Position numbers and translations under genes: made by a program
The notes under the pieces: model-generated
Databases searched by the model: none
What the model was told of the DNA's origin: nothing
Seen by the model: the letters and a program-made list of their open reading frames with translations, nothing else
Shown: in pieces, positions 9,320 to 18,606 of the stretch
Layout of the letters: every line of letters starts with the position of its first letter
Numbering within the stretch: position 1 is the stretch's first letter
Assembly (NCBI GenBank): GCA_965215335.1
Contig: CBDCDA010000001.1
Location: 1,440,001 to 1,504,000 of the forward strand
Length of the DNA stretch: 64,000 bases
From: an uncultured Candidatus Entotheonella sp.
GTDB lineage: Bacteria > Tectomicrobia > Entotheonellia > Entotheonellales > Entotheonellaceae
Direction of reading: 5' to 3'

Positions 9320-9420
9320 TTACGCCAGGTCTTCGCCGATAGTGCCTATTCAGATCCCAAATTGGCGGCGCTGAAACCGCCTTGGCCGCTGGCGACTGAA
9401 ATCAGAAAAGAAGTACATGC
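9320..9420 (+). pseudogene. Possible IS5-family transposase relic
   Basis: Translates LRQVFADSAYSDPKL..W..EIRK, resembling the IS5 (IS1031-type) ADxxY motif; no intact ORF. Confidence 0.35.
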
Positions 9421-9795
9421 GGGCGATGGCGCAACTTGGCCCCAGGACCGCATCGTTCCGGTGACATCGCTAACGAACTGGGTCATCAAGTAAGTTCCCT
9501 GGCTCCCGCGTGCAATCACGCTTGATCAACAAAGGCATGATTTGGAGTCCAGGCCACGGCGGGCGACACCGCGTTCACCGTCCCCATGTTCGACGAGTTC
9601 ATGCGGCGTATCATGCCCGGCGACAAATAATGATCGTCCGACTGGTGCAAAGGATGCCTCGCGAGACTTCACGACTGTACGACTTTTGACGCAGCGGACA
9701 AAATGCGATAGAAATCAGCACTTTCCAGCTTGCCTTGCATCATTCGTACCGGCTCGCCGTGCGATGCCCTCGCTCAACACACTTGGAGGTTCACC

Positions 9796-11028
9796 ATGCC
9801 CAGGCTTCAATTTGGCGCCTTTCTCGCCCCGCACCACCCGATTGCCGAGAACCCGACGCTGCAGTTCCGCGGCGACCTGGACTTCGTGGAACACCTGGAC
9901 AAGCTCGGCTTCGACGAGTTCTGGTGCGGGGAGCATCACTCGACGGGCTGGGAGATGATCGCCTCCCCGGAGATGTTTCTGGCGGCTGCCGGCGAGCGCA
10001 CCCATCGCATCCGGCTCGGAACGGGCGTGGTGTCACTGCCGTACCACCACCCCTTCATCGTGGCGCAGCGTATCGTGCAACTCGATCACATGACGGGCGG
10101 GCGCGCCATCTTCGGCTCCGGGCCGGGGGCGTTGCCGTCCGACGCCCATACGCTGGGCATCGACCCCATGGTGCAGCGCGACCGGCAGGACGAGGCGATT
10201 GGCGTCATCCGTCGTCTGTTGCGGGGTGAGGAGCGCTTCAGCTACGAGTCGGACTGGTTCACCCTGCGAGACACGCGCCTGCACCTGCTGCCGCTGCAGG
10301 AGGACCTGCCGTTTGCCGTCGCTTCCATCATCAGCCCGTCCGGCATGACCCTGGCGGGCAAGCACGGCACCGGAGTGCTGTCAATCGGCTCGATGTCCAC
10401 CGAGGGGCTGCAGGCCCTGCCGCTGCAGTGGAGCTTTGCGGAGGAAGCGGCGGCCAAGTACGGCAACACCGTGGACCGCCGCGACTGGCGCATCGTCATG
10501 ACGTGGCACATTGCCGAGACGCGCGAGCAGGCTCGCAGGGAAGCCCGGGAGGGGCTGATGCACTGGCACAACGAATACACGGTGGGCACCCTCATGCGGC
10601 CCGGCGTGGAGGCGTTCAGCGACCCGGACGAGGCGGTGGACAAGACGGCTTTTGGCGAGGATTCGGCGTCGGTAATCGGCACGCCCGACGACCTGGTGGC
10701 CGCCATCCACCGCATGACGGAGCTGACCGGCGGCTTCGGCACGGTCATCGGCTTCGTGCACGACTGGGCGAATCGGGAGAACACGCTGCGCAGCTGGGAC
10801 CTGGTGGCCCGCTACGTCGTTCCGCAGGTCAACGGCATGCTGGCGGCGTACCGGGAATCGCGCCAGTTCGTGGTGGAGCACCGAGAATCGTTTCAGCGCG
10901 CCAACCAGGCGGTACTGTCCAAGATCATGGAAAACGAGCGCGCTGCCGCGGCGGTAGAGCAGACCGGCAACGGGCGCTTCGCCATTCCGGCGCACCACGC
11001 GCCGGACATGGAGAAAACGCCGTCGTAA
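9796..11028 (+). CDS. LLM-class flavin-dependent monooxygenase (limonene monooxygenase-like)
   Basis: FGAFLAPHH, GFDEFWCGEHHS, IRLGTGVVSLPYHHP, GPGALPSDA; GGAGG RBS. Confidence 0.9.
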   Translation: MPRLQFGAFLAPHHPIAENPTLQFRGDLDFVEHLDKLGFDEFWCGEHHSTGWEMIASPEMFLAAAGERTHRIRLGTGVVSLPYHHPFIVAQRIVQLDHMTGGRAIFGSGPGALPSDAHTLGIDPMVQRDRQDEAIGVIRRLLRGEERFSYESDWFTLRDTRLHLLPLQEDLPFAVASIISPSGMTLAGKHGTGVLSIGSMSTEGLQALPLQWSFAEEAAAKYGNTVDRRDWRIVMTWHIAETREQARREAREGLMHWHNEYTVGTLMRPGVEAFSDPDEAVDKTAFGEDSASVIGTPDDLVAAIHRMTELTGGFGTVIGFVHDWANRENTLRSWDLVARYVVPQVNGMLAAYRESRQFVVEHRESFQRANQAVLSKIMENERAAAAVEQTGNGRFAIPAHHAPDMEKTPS

Positions 11029-11043
11029 GGCGGGAAACGGCGC

Positions 11044-12492
11044 TCAGTAGCCGGGCGGCGGAGTGAAGGCGAAGCCGGCGCTTTCAAGCAGCTTGGCAAG
11101 GCCGACGGTTTTGAGGTCGCCGAACTCCGGTCCGATGATCTGCACCCCGATGGGCAGGCCGTCGGCGCTCAGGCCCGCCGGCACGACGGTGGAGGGCAGG
11201 TAGGCGCAGATCGCCAGACCAGCCCAGAATATCTGTTGGAAATACGGCTGCGGCACACCGTCCACCTTGATCGTCCGCTTCTCAAAACGCTGGTGATCAT
11301 GCTCGAACGCCGGCGTCGCCATGATCGGCGCAATCAGCGCGTCATACGTCTTGAAAAAGTCATGCCAGGCCCAGCGCAGACGGGTGCGCGCCTCGTTGGC
11401 CTGCGCGTATTCCCAATGAGTGGCGGTCTGCCGCCGCAGCGTGCGGGCGCGGTCACTCTGGTCATCGGCGTCCAGGGCCACGACGTCCGCCTGCATCTTG
11501 GCGTAGACGTCTTCCGGCTGCCGGGCGGCCAGCGTGGCTTGCAGAAGTAGTTGATAGGTGTCGTTGACCTCACGCGCCACGAAGTCCGGCCGGGCCGTTT
11601 CGTCCACCGTCCCCCCTGACTGTGAGATGGCCTCGGCAACGGCCTCGACTCGCCTCACCACCTCCTGACTCACCGGCGCGACGGCGTCGTTCTTCCACAC
11701 CGCCACGCGATAGTTGGCCAGCGACGTTTGACTGGGGGCTTGCAGGTCCAGTTGATAACCAGCCCGCTGCAACTCGTCGGGACCGGCGGCGGCCTGCACG
11801 CCGAGTTCGAGGTCCGACGCGCTGCGCGCCAGTGGGCCAATCACGGAAAGGTCCGGCTGCGCCAGGATACCCGGCGTGGCGTGGCCTCGGGGCGGCAACA
11901 GGCCCCACGTCGGCTTGTGCCCAAAGACGCCGCAAAAGTGGGCCGGGTTGCGGATCGAGCCGCCGATGTCCGAGCCGATTTCCAGGGTCGTCATGCCGCT
12001 CGCCAAGGCCGCCGCGGAGCCGCCGGAGGAACCGCCAGGGGTACGCTGCGGGTTCCACGGGTTGCTGGTGGTACCGTAAATGTCATTGTAACTCTGGAAA
12101 TCCGCCAGCCGCAGCGGCACGTTCGTCTTGCCGAAGACGACCGACCCGGCCGCCTTCAGCCGCTGAATCGCCAGCGCGTCCCGCGCGGCGATGTTGTCCT
12201 TCAACTCCGGCATGCCGAACGTCGTCGGCAATCCCGCCACGTCGAACGAGTCCTTGCACGTCATCGGCACGCCGTGCAGCGGTCCCCAGACCTCGCCGCG
12301 CGCCAGCGCCGCGTCGGCCTGCCGGGCGCGCTCGCGGGCGCGTTCGACGTCCAGCACGACGATGGCGTTGAGTTGCGGGTTGAACCGGTCAACGCGATCC
12401 AGGTAGTGATCGAGAAGCTCCAGGCAACCGATCTGCCGATTCCTGAGCAATTGCGCCAACTCGACAGCCGGCTTGAACGTTATGTCACTCAT
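11044..12492 (-). CDS. Amidase signature family protein
   Basis: GPLHGVPMTCKD, GKTN, PGGSSGGS, GSDIGGSIRNPA catalytic motifs. Confidence 0.93.
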   Translation of the reverse strand: MSDITFKPAVELAQLLRNRQIGCLELLDHYLDRVDRFNPQLNAIVVLDVERARERARQADAALARGEVWGPLHGVPMTCKDSFDVAGLPTTFGMPELKDNIAARDALAIQRLKAAGSVVFGKTNVPLRLADFQSYNDIYGTTSNPWNPQRTPGGSSGGSAAALASGMTTLEIGSDIGGSIRNPAHFCGVFGHKPTWGLLPPRGHATPGILAQPDLSVIGPLARSASDLELGVQAAAGPDELQRAGYQLDLQAPSQTSLANYRVAVWKNDAVAPVSQEVVRRVEAVAEAISQSGGTVDETARPDFVAREVNDTYQLLLQATLAARQPEDVYAKMQADVVALDADDQSDRARTLRRQTATHWEYAQANEARTRLRWAWHDFFKTYDALIAPIMATPAFEHDHQRFEKRTIKVDGVPQPYFQQIFWAGLAICAYLPSTVVPAGLSADGLPIGVQIIGPEFGDLKTVGLAKLLESAGFAFTPPPGY

Positions 12493-12840
12493 GTCTTTTC
12501 CTTCCATAAAAAGGCCTGCCCGGCATGATGACCCGTATCCTTCTCAGTGGCAATGCGCTTCGAGTGTAATGACAATGGGCCGCACCGCTAGGCGCCAGCT
12601 TTCCAAGATCGCCTGACGTACACCAGCCACCTTGGGGATCGACAGATTCCCAGCGCCATCAGCGCATCACCTATCCATCTATGAGAGCGACGGACACCCA
12701 AAGCATCGTTGAGACCGTAAAGCGAGTTGGGAAGCATCCTTGCTCCGTGGCGATGCGTGCTGAAAGGGCGTTGCGCAAACGTCGTCCTGGCGCACCGGGA
12801 AATCCCGATTGAAGAATCGTTCAGGTTTGGAATGCTTGCC

Positions 12841-13250
12841 ATAACGCTCTGTAGTAGTCTCGAATTTTTTGGCCATAAGGGTTCTACGCTGTTGCAGAAA
12901 CCCATCGTAGTCTTGGACGTCTGCCTCGTCCATTCCTTGAGGAATGCAATGCGCCACGAGATTGGCGCACAATTGATCAGCGTCCGTGATGCCGCCATAT
13001 CGAAAGCTCTCCGTTTTCGCACTGGCTCCACAAGGCGCGAAAGTAGGTTGCCGGTAGAGCGCCGCCAATCGCAATGTTGATCTCGCTCTGCATGACGACG
13101 TAGTTCGCAATCTGGATTGTAGCGGTGGCGCGAAAGACCTTCGTTCTTCAGATAGCTGCGTGGGAAGACATGGTGGATATGTGAAAGGCCCTCCAGAAGG
13201 TTTTGTACCGTATGCGCACTCGAGAGGAATCCTTTGTCATTTCCTTCCAA
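12841..13250 (-). pseudogene. Decayed C-terminal fragment of a GmrSD/DUF262-type restriction endonuclease (HNH-like region)
   Basis: Three frames stitch to HIHHVFPRSYLK..RYN-IANYVVMQSEINIAIG..RYGGITD..HCIP..DYDGFLQQRRTLMAKK-RDYYRAL; multiple frameshifts; lower GC. Confidence 0.6.
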
Positions 13251-13345
13251 AGAGCCACGGCTTCACCCTTGTGGAAGTAACCGAAGACAGACTGTTACGG
13301 TCTACGAGGCCAAGCGCCGGCGATGGTCCGCAGACGATTCCGGGT

Positions 13346-15805
13346 CTACTGCCGCGCCACAGCGCCCAATTCGGCGGCGGCGTGCTCCTGGATGCGCCGG
13401 TACAACACGCGCACCTCGTCCTCGGTCAAACTGCGGTCGTCGGCCTGGAACGTCAACGCGTACGCCAAGCTTTTCTTGCCGACCGGAATCGGCTCGCCGT
13501 AATACAGGTCGAAGAGCGTCGCCTCGCGCAGCCACTCGCCGCCGGCAGCACGAATGGCGTCCTCGACAGCCTGGGAAGGCAGGTCGTCGTCAACCACCAG
13601 CGCCACATCCTCCAGAACGACCGGGAAGCGCGAGATGGGCCGGTAGTGCCGCGGTTGGCGACGTGACAGCAGGAGGTCGAGATTCAACTCCAGCATGGCC
13701 ACCGACTGGTCCGCCAAGTCGAACCGCTCGCACACCTGCGGGTGCACGTCACCGGCAACGCCGAGCGGCTCGCCGCTGATGGACAGAGCGGCGGTGCGAG
13801 CCGGATGCAGGACGGCGTGAGTGGCGGTGGCGAAGCGCACCTGGGGCACATTGAGGCGCTGCGCCAGGGTGTCGATGATGCCCTTGAGGTGGGTCCAGCC
13901 GAACTGCGGCGGTTCGTCGGCGTCGTGCCACGAACGGGGCAGCAGCGGGCCGGTGATGGCGAGGCCGAGATAGCGCTGTTCCAGCGGCAATTCCTCCCCG
14001 ACCCGCGGCCAGTACACCCGCCCGATCTCGAACAACGCCATACGCTGGCGATAGCGCCGGTTGGTGCTCAGAGTTTCCAGCAGGCTGGGCAGCAACGATT
14101 GACGCAGAAGCTGTCGCTCCTGGCTGATCGGATTGGCCAAGCCGATGTAATCCTCGGCCACCGCCGGCAGCCCCTCGGCACGGGCGCGGTTGATGCTTTC
14201 CAGGCTGGACAGGGAATAGGAGAGGATTTCAGTCAGGCCGCAGCCGACCAGGATGTCGCGGGTCTGCTCCAGGCCCTCCAGATGGGGCTGCGAGCGTTGC
14301 GGCGGCAGCACGTCCCGAATCAGCGTCGTCGGGATCTCGTCGTAGCCGTGGAGGCGGGCAATTTCTTCGATCAGGTCAGCGGGCTCGGACACGTCGAGGC
14401 GGCGGCTCGGCACGGAGACTTCCAGGCAGGTGTCGCCATTCTCGCCATGCGTCGTACAGCCGAATTCCAGAGACGTCAAAATTCTCGTCAGGTCGGCGGG
14501 GCTGAATGCCATGCCCAGGGTGCGCGTGACCTCCGCCGTGCGCAGCGTGATGGTCTTGGGACTTGGCGGCGCCGGATAGGTATCGGCGATCTCGGGATGC
14601 AGGACGCCGCCGCCCATGGTCTCCATGAGCCGGGAGGCGCGCAGCAGGGCCGGAATGGTCAGGTCGGTATCCACCCCGCGGCCGAAGCGTTGCGCCGCCT
14701 CGCTGTGCAGGCGCAGCCGCTGGGAGGTGCGGCGGATATTGACGAAATTGAAATTCGCCGACTCCAGAAAGATATGCCGCGTGCGCTCGGTCACCTCGGT
14801 CGTCGCGCCGCCCATGACGCCGGCAAGAGCGATGGGCCCTGAGTCATCGGTGACCAGCAGCATGTCCGTCGTCAACTGGCGCTCGACGCCGTCCAGGGTC
14901 TGCAGCGTCTCGCCCGGCCGCGCCCGCCGCACCACGATGCCGCCTTTCAGCGTCTCGTAGTCGAAGGCGTGCAGGGGCTGACCGGTTTCGAGCATGACGT
15001 AGTTGGTGATATCCACGATGTTGTTGATCGGGCGCTGGCCGGCGTATTGCAAGCGCCGTTGCATCCACGGTGGGGAGGGCTGAATGGCGACGTTCTCGAT
15101 AAGGGAAGCCGAGTAGTGGGCGCACAGGTCGGCGTCGGCGCTGGCCACGGAGCCGTACGCGGTGACGGCAGCAAGAGGCCCGACCGCGGTGGCATCATCG
15201 GAAGGCCCGGCGAGCCAGGGCTGACCGGTGAGAGCGGCGATTTCCCGCGCCAGGCCGATGATGCAATTAGCGCGCGCCAAATTGGGCGTCAGCTCGACCT
15301 CCAGAACGGTATCCCCCAGTGCGTCCTTCAACGGCTGTCCCACCGGGAGGTCGGGGTCGAGAACGATCACCCCGGTGTGATCGTCGGACAGCCCCAATTC
15401 CTTTTCCGAGCAGACCATGCCGGCGGATTCCACGCCGCGGATGCTGGTGCGGCTGAGGGTCTTCATGCGCGGCGTCTCGCTGTATCCGTCACGCAACCGC
15501 GCGCCCTCGAGCGCAAAAGCCACCTTCTGCCCGCGCTCGCCCGGCTTCAGATTGGGCGCCCCGGTAACCACCGTTTGAGGTTCGCCCTGCCCGTATGCCA
15601 CCGTTGCCAGCACCAGCCGGTCGGCGTGGGGATGGGTGCTGACGTCCACGACCTCGCCAACGAACAGCTTGTCGTGCTGCCAATCGGCTCCGATGTGCTC
15701 GACTTCGCCCACCTCCAAGCCGGCCATCGTCATGCGGTCCACGAGGGTGTCGAGGGGTGTCGCAATGTCCACAAAATCTTTCAACCAACTCAGCGGCGCA
15801 CGCAT
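13346..15805 (-). CDS. pheT: Phenylalanine--tRNA ligase beta subunit
   Basis: PLSWLKDFV, tRNA-binding OB fold (HPHADRL, MVCSEKELG), RPINNIVDITNYVMLETGQPLHAFD, DLIEEIAR, C-terminal FDX-ACB domain. Confidence 0.97.
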   Translation of the reverse strand: MRAPLSWLKDFVDIATPLDTLVDRMTMAGLEVGEVEHIGADWQHDKLFVGEVVDVSTHPHADRLVLATVAYGQGEPQTVVTGAPNLKPGERGQKVAFALEGARLRDGYSETPRMKTLSRTSIRGVESAGMVCSEKELGLSDDHTGVIVLDPDLPVGQPLKDALGDTVLEVELTPNLARANCIIGLAREIAALTGQPWLAGPSDDATAVGPLAAVTAYGSVASADADLCAHYSASLIENVAIQPSPPWMQRRLQYAGQRPINNIVDITNYVMLETGQPLHAFDYETLKGGIVVRRARPGETLQTLDGVERQLTTDMLLVTDDSGPIALAGVMGGATTEVTERTRHIFLESANFNFVNIRRTSQRLRLHSEAAQRFGRGVDTDLTIPALLRASRLMETMGGGVLHPEIADTYPAPPSPKTITLRTAEVTRTLGMAFSPADLTRILTSLEFGCTTHGENGDTCLEVSVPSRRLDVSEPADLIEEIARLHGYDEIPTTLIRDVLPPQRSQPHLEGLEQTRDILVGCGLTEILSYSLSSLESINRARAEGLPAVAEDYIGLANPISQERQLLRQSLLPSLLETLSTNRRYRQRMALFEIGRVYWPRVGEELPLEQRYLGLAITGPLLPRSWHDADEPPQFGWTHLKGIIDTLAQRLNVPQVRFATATHAVLHPARTAALSISGEPLGVAGDVHPQVCERFDLADQSVAMLELNLDLLLSRRQPRHYRPISRFPVVLEDVALVVDDDLPSQAVEDAIRAAGGEWLREATLFDLYYGEPIPVGKKSLAYALTFQADDRSLTEDEVRVLYRRIQEHAAAELGAVARQ

Positions 15806-15883
15806 GCTGTGTGTCCCTTATGCAGCCGCGAAGCACCGAGGCGCGCCTCGGCCCCGCGATGCGGCTTTGCTTGCGGGTGCGGT

Positions 15884-16933
15884 CTATCCGAATTGTTCGA
15901 GGAAGCGAAGGTCGTTGCTGAAGAAGTAGCGGATGTCATCGATGCCATACTTCTGCATCATGATCCGTTCCGGCCCCATGCCAAAGGCGAAGCCGCTGAA
16001 GCGCTCCGGGTCGTAACCGCCGTTGCGCAGCACGGTAGGATGCACCATGCCGGCGCCCAGGATTTCCAGCCAGCCGGTCTGCTTGCAGAGGGTGCAGCCA
16101 TCGCCGTTGCAGACGATGCAGTCCATGTCGACCTCGACGCTCGGCTCGGTGAAGGGGAAGTGGCTGCAGCGGAAGCGAACCCGGCGCTCGGTGCCGTACA
16201 TGCGGCGGGCGAAGTTGACCAGTACGCCTTTCAGGTCGGCCATGGTGATGTTCTCGCCGACCGCCAGCCCCTCCACCTGGTGGAACATGATCTCCGAGCG
16301 GGCGGTAATCGCCTCGTAGCGGTAGCACCTACCCGGCAGAATGACCCGGATGGGATCAGGATAAAACGCCTGCATGGCGCGAATCTGCCCCGGCGAGGTA
16401 TGGGTACGCAATACCACGCGCTCGTTGACGTAAAAGGTGTCCCACATATCGCGGGCGGGGTGATAGGGCGGGATGTTGAGCAGCTCGAAATTATAATAAT
16501 CGCTTTCCACCTCCCGGCTGTCGAACACCTGAAAGCCCATGTCGCCGAAAATGGCGGCGATCTCGCGCAACGTCTGGGTGCTGGGGTGCAGCCGGCCCAG
16601 GCTCACCGGATAGCCAGGGAGGGTTACGTCGACCCGCTCCTGCGCCAGGGTCTTGGCCAGCCTGGCCTGTCTGATCGCCTCAACTTGCGACTCGAAGGCC
16701 GCCTCCAGAGCACTTTTGACCTCGTTCGATACCTGCCCGACCTGCGGCCGCTGCGCCGCCGGCAGGGTTCCGATACCCCGCATCACCTGCGTCAGCGCGC
16801 CCTTGCGACCCAGGTAGTACACGCGCCAACCGTCGAGCGCGGCGAGGTCACGCGCCTGCGCCAAACGCTCCAGAGCCTCCGTGTGCACCTCGCGCAACTG
16901 GCCAATCAAGGGGTTCTGATCACTCACTGGCAT
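15884..16933 (-). CDS. pheS: Phenylalanine--tRNA ligase alpha subunit
   Basis: HPARDMWDTF, LRTHTSP, FHQVEGL, FPFTEPS, GFAFGMGPER. Confidence 0.97.
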   Translation of the reverse strand: MPVSDQNPLIGQLREVHTEALERLAQARDLAALDGWRVYYLGRKGALTQVMRGIGTLPAAQRPQVGQVSNEVKSALEAAFESQVEAIRQARLAKTLAQERVDVTLPGYPVSLGRLHPSTQTLREIAAIFGDMGFQVFDSREVESDYYNFELLNIPPYHPARDMWDTFYVNERVVLRTHTSPGQIRAMQAFYPDPIRVILPGRCYRYEAITARSEIMFHQVEGLAVGENITMADLKGVLVNFARRMYGTERRVRFRCSHFPFTEPSVEVDMDCIVCNGDGCTLCKQTGWLEILGAGMVHPTVLRNGGYDPERFSGFAFGMGPERIMMQKYGIDDIRYFFSNDLRFLEQFG

Positions 16934-16971
16934 GCTGATCTCCGGCTGTGAAATGGGGCTTGAGCGCAGCA

Positions 16972-17039
16972 ATTATACGCTTGAGCGCGGCGCCGTGACA
17001 ACGCGGACTTTTGTATTCAAGGCGATACCAGGATACAAT
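16972..17039. promoter_or_regulatory. Back-to-back sigma70 promoters for pheS (-) and the CPCC protein (+)
   Basis: Minus: TTGTCA (17001-16996)-18 bp-TATAAT (16977-16972). Plus: TTGTAT (17011-17016)-17 bp-TACAAT (17034-17039). Confidence 0.55.
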
Positions 17040-17089
17040 GAGCCGCTTTTCGGCCGCGTATCGCATACGTTATTCAAGGGGAAGACATC

Positions 17090-17395
17090 ATGGCTGCCGA
17101 CAATGAATCAGCCAAACTCACCTGTCCTTGTTGCCAGGCGACCTTGGTGGTCGATCGCGAAACGCTGCGGCTCCTGTATGCCACCGAGAAGCGCGTTAAA
17201 ACCGGTGGCGCCTCCTTTGAACAATCCTTGCAGGACCTGCAGGAACGAGAGGAGCAAAAGAGCGGCCGCTTCCAGCAGGCGGTGACGGAGGAAAAGGCGC
17301 GCAAGGCTTTGCTTGGCAAGAAATTCCAGGAACTTCGCAAGAAGGCGGACGCAACGCCGACCGAGCGCCCGTTGCGCCCCTTCGACCTCGATTAG
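17090..17395 (+). CDS. Small hypothetical protein with N-terminal CPCC motif and coiled coil
   Basis: GGGGA RBS; LTCPCCQATLVVD, helical charged middle, PLRPFDLD tail. Confidence 0.7.
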   Translation: MAADNESAKLTCPCCQATLVVDRETLRLLYATEKRVKTGGASFEQSLQDLQEREEQKSGRFQQAVTEEKARKALLGKKFQELRKKADATPTERPLRPFDLD

Positions 17396-17406
17396 AAGCT
17401 GGACAG

Positions 17407-18588
17407 ATGACAGATGCGTTGCAAGGCGTCACGGTTCTGGAAGTATCCGGGGCATCCCCCGGCAGCTTCTGCACCATGCTGCTGGCCTGCATGGGCGCCG
17501 AGGTGCTGAAGATCGAAACGCCGGGCACGGATGAGCGGCAGGTCGTCAGTGCCTATCTGGACCGGAACAAGAAGAGCCTGGGCCTGAGCCTGAACAACGC
17601 TGTCGGTCAGGAGATTTTGCACAAACTGGCCGGCGGCGCCGACGTGTTGGTGGAAAGCTCCAGGCCCGGCGCCATGCAGCGTCTCAACGCCGACTACCCC
17701 ACGCTCGGCCGGATCAATCCCCACCTGATATACTGCTCGCTCAGCGGTTACGGCCAAACCGGCCCGTACCGCGACCTGCCGGGGGCGGACGTCACCTACC
17801 TCGCCATGAGCGGCGTGCTAGACCTGATAGGTGAGGCCGGCCGCCCCCCCGCCATCCCCCTCGACCTGATCGCCGATTACGGCGGTGCCGCCATGCACGG
17901 TGCTCTCGGCATTCTGCTGGCCTTGTATGCCCGCGGCAACAGCGGGCGTGGCCAGCACGTGGACGTATCGCACCTCGACGCCACTCTTTCCATGCTTGCC
18001 GCCACCCCGCTGATGGTGCCGTTCTTCGACGGCGGCGTGCTGCCGCGGCGCGGCCAGGGGCCGTACAGTGGCCACTATGCATTCTACACCACGTACGAAA
18101 CGCAGGACGGTAAGCTGCTGTCGGTGGGAAGCAGCGAACCTCGGCTGTGGAGCAACCTGTGCGAGGCCCTGGGCCGACCCGATCTGTCACGATATTCGCG
18201 CGGTCCCGAGCACCTGACCCGCGGTCCCACGCCCGAAGAAGCCCAGGTGCGCGAGCAGCTGCAGGCCGTCTTCCGGCAGCGCAGCCGCGACGACTGGCTG
18301 GCCGATCTGGCCGACAAGAACGTCTGCGTCGGTGCGGTCAACAGCCTGTCGGAGGTGTTCGAGGACCCGCAGGTGCAGCATCGCGGCATGCTCGTGCGGC
18401 CTGAGGGCTCGGAAGGGGAAGGGCGGCAGGGCCGTCAAGTCGGCATGGGCATCAAGCTCAGCGACACGCCGGGTCGTTTCCGCCATCCGGCGTCGCAGCC
18501 GGGGCAGCATACGAACGAGATTTTGTCCAGCCTGGGATACGGCGAATCCGACCTGAAGACGCTGCGCGAACAACACGTGGTGGGATAG
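17407..18588 (+). CDS. CaiB/BaiF family (class III) CoA transferase
   Basis: LQGVTVLE, RNKKSL, ADVLVES-RPG, SLSGYGQTGPY, catalytic Asp in IADYGG. Confidence 0.92.
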   Translation: MTDALQGVTVLEVSGASPGSFCTMLLACMGAEVLKIETPGTDERQVVSAYLDRNKKSLGLSLNNAVGQEILHKLAGGADVLVESSRPGAMQRLNADYPTLGRINPHLIYCSLSGYGQTGPYRDLPGADVTYLAMSGVLDLIGEAGRPPAIPLDLIADYGGAAMHGALGILLALYARGNSGRGQHVDVSHLDATLSMLAATPLMVPFFDGGVLPRRGQGPYSGHYAFYTTYETQDGKLLSVGSSEPRLWSNLCEALGRPDLSRYSRGPEHLTRGPTPEEAQVREQLQAVFRQRSRDDWLADLADKNVCVGAVNSLSEVFEDPQVQHRGMLVRPEGSEGEGRQGRQVGMGIKLSDTPGRFRHPASQPGQHTNEILSSLGYGESDLKTLREQHVVG

Positions 18589-18606
18589 TAGCTCGCCGTC
18601 GCCCGC

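Noticed and set aside
13255..13345. VYEAKRRRWS-like peptide suggesting an IS3 transposase tail after pheT
   Set aside because: Too short and degenerate to support without a database search
14969..16951. Long antisense ORFs (for example 14969..16951, 1711..3324, 31669..33240, 45990..47306, 62535..63785)
   Set aside because: Shadow frames opposite well-supported genes, expected in high-GC DNA; no recognisable motifs
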